Source: Auanema rhodensis
Taxonomy: Eukaryota; Animalia; Nematoda
NCBI GenBank assembly: GCA_964057225.1
Contig: OZ059894.1
Location: forward strand, 10,664,001 to 10,728,000
Length of the DNA stretch: 64,000 nt
Reading direction: 5' to 3'
The notes beneath the pieces were generated by a model, which was given only the letters and a program-made list of their open reading frames with translations, made no database searches and was not told the origin of the DNA. Shown piece after piece: positions 53,111-64,000 of the stretch; position 1 is the first letter of the stretch; every line of letters starts with the position of its first letter. The translations under genes and the position numbers were made by a program.

Positions 53111-54242
53111 GTGTCAGTCAGTCTTTTTCTATTCATTTGAACCTAAAATGTTGGTCCACCATTTTCGGAAACATTTGTCTTTGAGCTTAGGAGAAACAAG
53201 ACAAAATACACAAACTGCTTGTTATGGACCACCTTCTTAAAGTATGAAGTCCAACACTGAACACCAATCTTAATCGCTTCCCACTTTTAAATAATGAATC
53301 GTCTTCTCATGATTAGATCTCCAAATGCAAACCAATTCTTCTATTTGAAGTTTTAAAGGCAACGCCTCAGGCGGAGTTGCTTCGAAACATACAAACTATG
53401 TATGCTCAAAAGCAAATATATGAAAATATTCGTTCCATATTCAAAAATGTTTTCATCTCAAAAACTTCTCTAGTATTTGCATATATTTTTTTTGAAATCT
53501 CTTCTAAAACAAATTTATGGGAGACGTTTGACACTATTTTCAAACAACTTGTTTTTTTTTCTAAAATTTTATATTATATTTCATATTATTTTTATTATTT
53601 ATACCGTAATTTAATTGAAACAAATAGTTATACTTTAAATTAAACGAATAAAACATTTCACATGACAAGATGACATGTTGCTTTCAAGTAGTTCTTCGTC
53701 TTTTTCTTATTCTTTCTATGCTTGTCAGAGAATTTTCCTTAAAAGCTTATAAGTCTCTTTTCAATCCTTTAATACCAGGATTTTCATTTTTTCTTATTAG
53801 TCAATGAACAATTAGTTTTATTTCTTTTCTTTTAATATATTTTGAAGTTTTTACAAATAATTCCTATATTATGTAAAAAAAATCACAGAAGTCGAATATT
53901 GTTGATGAAAACTATGGGACTGTGATTCAGAATTAAAGGATTAAATCTTGTTACATCATGATTGGGGTTGTCATTTTCTTATAATCCTAATCCTATGATA
54001 TTGAGAAAACTGATGAGAAGAAGCCGAATATACTAACGAACTCTGAGCACAAGATTTTTTTGTCTTTGCTCTAGTAACTAACTGCTCATATGATGTAGTT
54101 GGCTTTTCATTGTATTCAGTAATATTTTTTGGTTCAAATCATAAATCTTTCTATTCAATATGCAGTTCTTCAAAATTAAATCAAATTAGATCATTCTTCT
54201 TAACAATATTTATGGTCTCTGTGCTCTTTACCCCCTCCCCCT

Positions 54243-54306
<64 letters not shown>

Positions 54307-55994
54307 TATCAATTACTTCAACAAGTTTGTAGTACAATATGTTTGATCTTATAGCACTGTTAATACATCTCTGTACTCTTTAACTTTATAAAATATAAGA
54401 AAAGCTAAAGAGATCAAGTTTGCAGAAGAAAAGGTGTTATAATAGAAATTGACTCTCTACACTGCTTGCTCCATCCCTCTTGGAGCAGGTCTTCCAAATT
54501 CGTCTCAGATTACTCTTCTCTTCTTCTATTTTGACTTTAGAGCAACTATCACTCATTGTTTTCTTATCTCAACTACTTAAAACTATTATTTTATTTTTAA
54601 AATCTTGTATATTCATACATATAAACTTGAAAATTTAAAGTTTTCTTGTAAACTTCATAATCTTTCAGTTATGCAAACAGCATGAATAATATTTGAAGTT
54701 ATAAAATAATAATTTTCATATTCATATTTCCTTCTTTAACTTTGGCTATCCACAACTTCTACATCTTTTCTAACTATTCTTTATTTTATTTTCAATTTTG
54801 TATTTTCAGTTAGAAAAAAAGATGGCGATTACAACGGCATCCCGAGCAAATATGATGCAATTCAGTGAGGACATCATCAAGATGGTTAGTCTACAAAGAA
54901 ATTCTTTAAAAAGCCAAATTGGACAAATTACGGACTTTTTCATTTGGATTTCAGTTGACCCCAGAAGAAATTGATGAGTTTCGAGAAGCTTTTATGATGT
55001 TTGACAAAGATGGAAATGGAACAATTTCCACAAAAGAATTGGGCATTGCTATGCGTTCACTTGGACAGAATCCTACAGAACAGGTTAGTGTTCTTTATAA
55101 AGTTTAAAAACAAAGTTTAAAAGTGTCTTTTGTCGTTGAATAGTGGCGATTGAGAGCACTAATCCGGTAGAAAGCTAGAGTCTGAGAGAGAAAGATAAGA
55201 GACAAATGCTGTATCCTATGGCCAATATGAAATACAATATGTATTTCATGGCATCAATCTTTAGAACAAAAAACTGCAAAGAACTTTCATAAACCCTGAA
55301 AAGAAAAAATGAGAAAGACCAGAGTAGAATGGAGAGAGAAAGGTTGCAAAAGAGAAGAGTATACTTGAGTAGCCTGTTAAAAGGGAACAATCTTCAATAT
55401 AAATTGAAAATAAAATATAAAATAAAGGAAAGTTATGGAATATATTCATATTATGCTATGAATAAGTTGTGAGTAAGTGACTAAACTCAAAAACAATGTT
55501 CATATAATGTTCAGAATGTGATGCTTGACCTAAGAGAAGTTTAAAATAGAAAAAACAATCTCATAATCCTCAATCATTAGTAAATGTTTTCTTTTAGGAA
55601 ATTTTGGAAATGATTAATGAAGTTGATATTGACGGAAATGGACAAATTGAGTTTTCGGAGTTTTGTGTAATGATGAAGCGTATGATGAAAGAGACAGATT
55701 CTGAAATGATTCGAGAAGCTTTTCGAGTATTTGATAAAGATGGAAATGGTGTTATTACTGCTCAAGAGTTCAGATATTTCATGGTATATTTCTGAAAAAT
55801 TAAAATTAAAACTATTTGGTCATTCTTTAGGTTAATATGGGAATGCAGTTTTCAGAAGAAGAAGTTGATGAGATGATCCGTGAAGTTGATGCTGATGGTT
55901 AGTTGTTATCTTTTCTTCTAAATTTTCATTTGTTTTTTCAGGTGACGGAGAAATTGATTATGAGGAGTTCGTGAAGATGATGTCTGATCGTTGA
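52684..55994 (+). CDS. cal-1: Calmodulin-like protein; core ATG at 54822, optional upstream exon at 52684-52728
   Basis: [55 protein letters not shown]..., four EF hands, ends FVKMMSDR*. Confidence 0.95.
53025..53106. repeat. (GA)n microsatellite
   Basis: Directly visible. Confidence 0.95.
54248..54302. repeat. (CT)n microsatellite
   Basis: Directly visible. Confidence 0.95.
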
Positions 55995-56151
55995 ATTTAA
56001 ATCAAAAAGCATGATGTAGTTCATTCCCAGAAATTAATTCTTGTAAAACTTTCTTTTTCATCTTTTCCCATCCACATCTCAGGCTTTATGAGAAAAAATG
56101 CCCAAGTCCATACAAATTGAGATTTTATAGTGTATCCCACCTCTCTCTCTT

Positions 56152-56240
56152 TCTCTCTCTCTCTCTGTATCTGTCTATCTCCCTCACTATCTCTCTCTCT
56201 CTGTATCTGTCTATCTCCCTCACTATCTCTCTCTCTCTCC
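56152..56240. repeat. Tandem 36-bp duplication (ctctctctctctgtatctgtctatctccctcactat x2) downstream of the cal-1 stop
   Basis: Directly visible. Confidence 0.85.
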
Positions 56241-57020
56241 CTCTCTCTCACTTTTATTCGTAATCTCTACTTCATAATTTTTCAATATTTTTAAACATAG
56301 TTTCAATCAATTAACTACGTGTCTTGAATTATTTTTTTGTTCCATTTTTGAAACAAACTATTGTCTTAACTTTTGAGCATTCCTATTCATTATACACATA
56401 TGTATATAAAATTAAACATATAAATTAGTTCTGAATTTCATTATTTTTATAAATTAACAAGAAAATAAAGTTAAAATACATAAAAGTTAAAATTTAAATT
56501 GAAAAACTATCGTATTATATGATGTTGTCATAATCTAAATTCAATTTTGAATCAAAAGATCACAATAAAAATTCATATTTTAGTGAGAAATATTGAAAAT
56601 ATTTGAATAATTGTTAGTTAATCTACTGTTAAGCTATAATATTTTAAAATCCATAATAGTATGTATATATTTCAAAATCAGATTTTGAACTATGTGCTCA
56701 GCTAAGTCTCAGTTTTTCCTACTTCGCTATTACTTCAACTTGTGATGTCATAGGTGAGTGTCTTAAAGCCAAGCAGAAGATGTTCTTATTAGTATTTTCA
56801 CACGAATTTTGAAATAAAACTTTTAAATAATTGAAGAATATTCTCTTTATCATAGACTTCTTTAACTTCAAAATTCAAGAATTTTACTCTGTTGAGTTGG
56901 TTTTTTCATTCCTTTTCTATTAGAATTACATTTCAACACAGTTTATTCTTAATAAATCCTATATTTTCCAGTTGAACATTAATTCCTAAATATTGATTTT
57001 CAATAAAAAAAAAAGAATTA

Positions 57021-57808
57021 ATGGAAGTAAGTGAAATGTTTTTTTCTTTTCTGAATGTTTATAAATATTTTCATTTAGGAATTAAAACAGAGATTAAGTC
57101 ATACACAAGTTTCATCAAATTTTGATGTTGATCGTATAGTTAAGGAAACTAAAACAACTACAATAACTGAATCTCGTGAAACAATACATTTCAAATGTTC
57201 AAAGGTTCAATATTTTATACTAAAATGTATTATATAATATATATAATATATTCATATAACCAATATACTATAATACAACTTTATTTTCAGCCACATTATC
57301 AAAAATCTGTAAACACTTTAACAGGAGGGCCGTCTATTAAGTAAGTCTCAAAAATCAAACTGATCTCTAACCAGTTTCTAGGTTATCAGACAAAAGCAAA
57401 GTGGATGCTTCAACTAGGTTTGTTCTATAGGTATTTTCCTCTGAACTTTCAATATTTGAAGACCAGATGTTCTTAAATGTGGTACAACTAATCAAGGACC
57501 AAATCTTCTGGTATGAATAAGAATAATTCTTTATAGATATTACAATATTTTTATAGAAAAATCCATATGATATGAAGAATTATGTGAATGTAGATAATAA
57601 GGAAACGAAAGTAGAAAGAAGACCAAGCATTGATGCTAAACAAAAATATTTTCTGAGTGATCAAGTCAATGAAATAAAAGTTTCAAATATTGTTTTTTCT
57701 TTTCAGAAAAGGATGGATGAAGTTCAAAAGGAATCAAGATTACCATTACACATTGGACAATGGCAATCGTCCAATTCAAATATTTCAGTTCATCGAAGTT
57801 ATTGTTAA
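57021..57808 (+). CDS. Small multi-exon hydrophilic protein of unknown function
   Basis: ATG GAA/gtaagt followed by a chain of short GT-AG introns that keeps the frame open (ELKQRLSHTQ...PHYQKSV...RMDEVQKESRLPLHIGQWQ...HRSYC*), then AATAAA. Confidence 0.7.
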
Positions 57809-58039
57809 ATCGTTTATCAAAGAATATTTAAATCTCATAATTTATGTTATATATTTATGTATCTATTTTGATAAAAATAAATAATTCAATGAAATATAAT
57901 TTATTAAATTGATCAACTTCATAAATCGTTTTAATTGCGCTTTTCCGTATCTACTATACCCCCCCCCCCCCCGTTTTTAGCCGTTTGGTGCATACTTTTG
58001 TTAAATGTGGTACCTACATGAGATAAGGTGGTATCCAGA

Positions 58040-58230
58040 GATCCACAAATGTTCCATTTTTTTTAAGAATTTCCCTTCTACAGTCTTTTCTGGTTATTTC
58101 AAGCAACAGAAAGACTCATTTTTCGTTAACATCGCTCACATTCGTTAGTCTCAAAGACTATACCTTTCTCTTGCAAGAATTGAATGGCATCAGCTTCAGT
58201 ACGAAGTCGTTCTTTTGGAGAAAACATTTA
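58040..58230 (-). mobile_element. Merlin/IS1595-like transposase N-terminal fragment (pseudogenised)
   Basis: Minus strand ERLRTEADAIQFLQEKGIVFETNECERC*...RKDCRREI..NGTF resembles the zinc-ribbon start of Merlin transposases; contains stops and frameshifts. Confidence 0.5.
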
Positions 58231-59252
58231 GACGAAAAATGGTTGATAATGCAGATGCAATAACCAATAATGATTCAGTTTTTATATCATAATATATTCA
58301 AGGTTTATTATACTTATTATAGCTACACCCAGAAACGGAAAAATAACCAGATAAGATGTTATAAATGCAATTTCAACGTGATTTCTATTACAAATATTTG
58401 ATTAAATTGAATAATTTGTAAAATATTTATGATTATTTAGAACGTTATCGTCTTCTTGTTGAATAATATTCACTGATGAAGGTGACGATGATGATAGAAT
58501 ATGCGGAAGTGATATATAACTTGTATAACATAGATTGAATTTAAGTTAATTGAATAAAGATGATGATGAATAGAAGTAATGATGAATTCAGTTTATGAAG
58601 ATCATATTTAATAATTTATATAACTATATAAGGTATAATTTATAACTACAAACTGTGTTATATCAGAGTTGTTTCTGTATTTCATAATTTATTTAGAGAA
58701 ACCAGACAAAATTTGTTTTATTTGCTTCAAATATTCTATTCTTTTCTCTGATTTATAGCTCACATGTTCTTTATAGTTATATCCAACATATTATTCTCTC
58801 TATAACAAGCTTAAAGTAGGTGGTATGATCTCATTAACAACACCTTTTCTTATTTTTATTTTTCTATATTGCTGTGCAACTGTCATTGCTACTGCTTAAT
58901 AACTTACATATTTGATTTATACATACAAATTCTATATAAACTATATTCTATATAAAGTATATTTTAACTTCCTTATAATTAAAAATATAAATATATATAT
59001 ATATATCTACATCTCTTGTTTTAAACAAAAATAACTGAAATCTTCTATTCCCAAGATAAATTAATCTTTTTTTTTCTGTTGTGTTTGTTCGATATATAAT
59101 GTTTTATCTGAAACAAAACAAATTTGATATGTTCATGTGTTTATGATTTATCTATTTGATTTCACTATTTTAATTTATAAATCTTAGTATTATTAATTAT
59201 TTATAAAACAAGTGAATATATCTTCTCATCATGTATCAATATCAGAATACGT

Positions 59253-60950
59253 ATGACAACTACAGTTACAAGTGATATCAGTACTACTATTACAACAACA
59301 ATTATCATAACTACTACACCTCCATCAATAGTTAAATTTAACTATAATATCCATAAACCTATTATATATTCAATTGTGGCTGTTATAGCTGTATTTGGAG
59401 TGTGGGGAAACACAAATTTAGTTGTTGTTCATTGTCGAAAAAGAAAACTACGAAATAAATATGGTAAAGTTTCTATTATGTTTACAAATAAATTGATTCT
59501 TATGATTCTAGGATCCTTATTATGTATTTTATCTGGTTGTCAAGCACTTTGTTTGATATTTGAATGGTTAGGAATAACCTATAGTTTAACTGGTATTAAT
59601 TATATATTTTTATTAATTTATGTTATTTTTATATAAATCAAATAGAGACAATTTTTATAACAAAAAAAGGAAAAGAAAATTCATGTACTTTCAGCTGAGA
59701 CGATTAAGCGAAGTGTATGCTTCCCATTACTGTCACCTTATGTCTTCACGCACTGTATGCAGACAGGCTTATTAGCAACAATATCAGCAGATCTTTTAAT
59801 TTCTGTTGTCTTTCCAATTACGTATTTGACATCTTTTATGTATTTTTCCTAAGAACATAATCCTTTTCAGACACCGTATTCTACCAGTAACAAGATATAT
59901 TTTTGTTATTTGTATTCCAACTATAACATATGGTCTCATTTGTTTAATTTTGGGAATAATTTTTATGGATAATGAAACATTAATGATGTGTAATCCACCT
60001 AGTAGTTTATATTCAAAAGGTTTGTTTTAAACTATATTTAACAATCTTTATATACTTTATTATAGTTAATTTAATTTGGTATATGGGTGCAATGATTGCT
60101 GGTGGAATAACAATTGTTAATTATATGATAACTTTTCTTGTTATATTATATAAAAGTAAGTTAATTTATAAATACATAACTATATATATATATAGTTATT
60201 GTCTATATTTGCATGCAAATAGTTTTTTTAGTTAAATCTATTTCCATCTTATTTTATCAATTATTTTTTGATTTTTTCTAAGTTTACTGTTTATTCTTAT
60301 CAATAATTACAGATATTTCCAGTATTTTTAATTATTTATGAAGTTTAAAATCATAAATATGGTTTAGAAAATTACTAATCAATCGATAAATGAATTAAAT
60401 ATATTAATTATAATATATATATTTCATATTTTGTTTTGCTCAAGCACGTTTATGCAGTGTTCCAACTTTGAAACTTAAACTTAAAAATATTTTTCAATAT
60501 TCAGACATCCAACGGAACATCTCTTCAGGCCGGAGTGGTCGAGATCCTTTGGAACTCGAGAAGAAAGCTTTACGAAGCATTACTGTTATACTTTCTGTTT
60601 TTGTGTTTTCAAGATATATAGGAGTAGTAGCCTCTACAATTCTCCAATTTTTCTCTGTAGATCCAGCTATTATAGCATTATTACAAAATTATAATGTAAG
60701 TTATAATATTATTTGAATGAATATAATTTCATCTTTTCAGGTAGTTTTTGCAACAATTTGCTATAGTCAAAACTATTATGTTTGTATAACAACTAGTTCA
60801 GAATATAACAAATTATTAAAAGAACAATTATATCTTTTACTTAATAATATCCAAGGATATCATACATTTCATTTACCTTCAGATATACTTACAACTGTAC
60901 ATATAAGTCATAATAAGAAATCTATGATCAATCCTATTCCAACTATATGA
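59253..60950 (+). CDS. Srsx-family 7TM chemoreceptor GPCR
   Basis: FGVWGNTNLV..RKLRNKYGSLLCIL, ISADLLISVVFPIR, MCNPPS, KALRSITVIL, ICYSQNYYVCITTSSEY. Confidence 0.88.
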
Positions 60951-61139
60951 ATTTGTTTTAAAATTGTAAAATACAATTTGCAACAATTGTTTCAATTAGC
61001 AAAAAATAAACGTTCATATCATGTACAATATATATAAATATTTATATTAAACAAAAACATATTAATCTTTATATCAAAATGTTTTAAACATTCATAATCT
61101 TCAGAAATATTGATTTTAAAAAGTTTGAAAGAATTACAT

Positions 61140-63268
61140 TCATAATAATTTTTGTTTAATAATTGATTTTTTTAATGAAAAACATAAACTTATTAATTTA
61201 AAAGATAAATAAATAATAATTATAAGTGAAATTATGACAAATAATAATACATCTAAGTTAAAATATTCGATTGTGTTAAGACTAGCTCCTTTGATATGAA
61301 GCTCTTCAAGGACTCCATTATCAGCTGCGAATTCTGTCCAACGAACAAGACGTTCAGCAGCAGTGAACGGCTTAGTTTTCATCATTTTTTGAATTCTTTT
61401 AACATTTGTTTTATATCTAAATTGAATAATTTAGTTTATATGACTTAGATTAACAATATAAAATTATTGTTATACCTATTATCCAGTATAATAGTATCAA
61501 TTGCTGTCAAAAGATTTTTCTCGTTCAGATCCCTTTTCAAAATGACCTAAAATCTTTCTTTATGTTATATATGATTGATAGTTAACGATTAAACCTTTCC
61601 AACATGTCGTCTTTCAACATTCCGACCATTTCTAAACTGATCAGCGAAAATTGGAACGACAATCACTGGAACTCCACGTAGCATTGCTTCGGTTAGTCCA
61701 TTCAACCCTCCATGCATAATGAAAAGTGTCAAACGTGGATGAGCTTAAACAAAAACTTTTTTGATTTAGAACTTAAATTTCTTACCTAATATATCAGCTT
61801 GGGGAAGCCAATTCACAAAATCAACATTATCAATTCCTTTGAATAATAATGGAGTATCAGTATCACCTACATAAATTAATTTTCTTTTGTGTTTTCTTTA
61901 AGTTTTTTATAAACCTTTTGAAATTCGGAATAAGAAATGATATTCACTCTTGTTCTTCACAACTCTGGTAATATCTTCTTTTACCTTAGCAGGTAAAGAA
62001 TGAAACTGAGCAATTGATCCTAGAGACATTATGATTACACCTTTTTCACCCTTTTCCATAATTTGTCTAATTCTCTGTAAATTTAGTTTAAAACAATTTA
62101 GATTTCTTTCGATAAAACCTCATCTTCTAATGGTTTTGGTTCCGTAACGCCTAGTCCTCCGATATAAATTGTTTTATGTGTGATTGGGCGTGGCAAATCA
62201 AACATTTCATCTGCATTAACAAAACATAAACTACTATTTGCCACTATATCTCGAAGATTAGGGAAATTAGTATCGACATGTTGACGAAAAACCTTCAAAA
62301 AACAAGTAAGCTTGTCAATAATATGCAATATAATTAGGAAAAAAGCCTACCTGTGTTGCCAAGTCTGTTCCCCATCTATGAACGAAAATAGTTCCTACAT
62401 ACATGTACATATTGTACATTCTCTGCCAGAAGTTCATTACATCACCGTTATCATTTTCCTCAATTGTTGGTACATATGATGTAGGAGCAGGTATTCCTTA
62501 AATCATTATGGCTACAACTAATTCAAACAGAATTAAAATAAACCTAAGTTATAGCTAACAGCATCCATAAGAGCTGTTGTTGAGATCCACAGAATATTTT
62601 TTATTTCCAAATATCTGAGAATTGTACATGAGAATTCACAAATTCAACAGAAATGAAATAAAAAAAATCTTTTATGATACCTCAATATACCAACTCCACA
62701 AAAATCAATCTGTTCTGTGAATGCAACATCAAAATTATAGGTACGAAGAAATTCAAGTTCCTCCTTTCTTTCCATAATTGCTAGATATGCATGTTCGTTA
62801 TATTTTGATTTTTGCTTCACTTAAACTCACCATTACACATGTGAGAGCAGGAATATTCAAAGTACAATCTCTCAAGTAATCCTAATGAATCATGAGCAAG
62901 AATATACTCATCGGAACCTTCCAAATCATCATGGAATTTAGAACCTAAATTAAGAAAATATGATATTGGAAAAATAATTTAATCTCCATACTTATATTAT
63001 TCATTTGAATTATTTTTGCCTTTTTTGCTCCTTGGAAATTTCTTAAATCTTTAACATATTCCGGGACAAATACTACCTATAGTTCAAATGTTGCAAAATT
63101 GAACTTGAACGTTCATGAACTTACAACTTCATGACCAGCTTCAGCTAGCGTGTCTGCTATACGTCCATTGGATATTAGATGACTAGCAGATATAGATGGA
63201 CTATATACTAATATTCGATATGACTGAGTTAAACAAACAAATTTTAGTAATAAAAGTACAACAAACAT
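61140..63268 (-). CDS. UDP-glucuronosyltransferase
   Basis: Signal peptide, YSPSISASHLISNGRIADTLAEAGHEV, WLPQADILAHPRLTLFIMHGGLNGLTE..VPIFADQFRN signature, C-terminal TM plus basic tail. Confidence 0.95.
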
Positions 63269-63907
63269 CTGAAAAATTAAATAAAATATTGTAAAAATTC
63301 AAAAACATCAAGCAAACAACGATAAATTAAACATTAACTTTACAAATATTTAATTATTTTCAATTGAAGTACACTCGATTATACATTAAATATAATTAAA
63401 TTATTCTATTAAATGATTTAATCAATGTTGTAGTCAAGTTGTGTTCATCTTATCTTATCATTAAAAGAATGATTTCTTTGATTCTTTATCATATGGAATA
63501 TATTTATTTATTTTTCCTAATAGGAAAAAGTTGTTTTTGGCATTAAATTCTTATGTTCATAAGATATTTATAAGATTATAATAAATAATATTAGTTATTA
63601 TAATATGAAAATAAAGATTTAGTCGAATATTTCTTGAAAATGAAGTTTAGTTTCAAATATTATGATTTCTCTTTTAAATCAAAATAATAGATAATGTAGA
63701 TAAAGGTTGTATTGATCAGCTGAATTCATTCGAATGTTGTCGTTCAGGGAAGATAGTTGAGAATAAAAGCAGAAGTCAAGGAATATTTGTTAGCGCATAC
63801 TCAAGTCTCCACTTTTCTTCCAAGACATTTCTTTCGATTAGGCAATTTTGATTAAAGGAATAGAATTCATTTTCATTCAGATTATTCATTTAGAATATAT
63901 ATATATA

Positions 63908-63920
63908 GAGAGAGAGAGAG

Positions 63921-63980
<60 letters not shown>
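63908..63980. repeat. (GA)n microsatellite
   Basis: Directly visible. Confidence 0.95.
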
Positions 63981-63986
<6 letters not shown>

Positions 63987-64000
63987 TAAATATAAAGAAA

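Noticed and set aside
50457-54489. Short 9-bp stem-loops at ~50457 and ~54464
   Set aside because: Too short to interpret, with no Helitron CTRR end or other supporting context

Overview
AT-rich nematode genomic DNA (short ~45-55 nt introns, TTTCAG acceptors, proteins close to C. elegans EGL-10, EFL-1, GCK-2 and CAL-1). About 17 spliced genes were reconstructed by hand. A gene-dense core (3-40 kb) holds a multi-Kunitz/WR1 secreted protein, PGAP1, gck-2, a Ulp1/C48 protease, a decayed mariner, and PPP1R37 divergent from egl-10. It also holds two divergent candidate operons: efl-1 > SUPT7L-like > atx-3 > mdt-28 > CLASRP on the minus strand, and hyls-1 > ATP synthase subunit s on the plus strand, sharing a ~340 bp promoter with a CDE-CHR (DREAM-type) site. 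The gene-sparse, (GA)n-rich right part holds a decayed LTR element, a mannose-6-phosphate isomerase, cal-1, an orphan gene, a Merlin-like fragment, an Srsx-type GPCR and a UGT. No tRNA, rRNA or CRISPR was seen. I found no unambiguous new biological system. The best leads are the unannotated SAGA Spt7/SUPT7L-like histone-fold gene inside an E2F-led regulator operon, alternative terminal exons of egl-10, and a possibly transposon-donated poly(A) signal. Exon boundaries and orthology calls come from manual reading and recalled family knowledge, not from searches.
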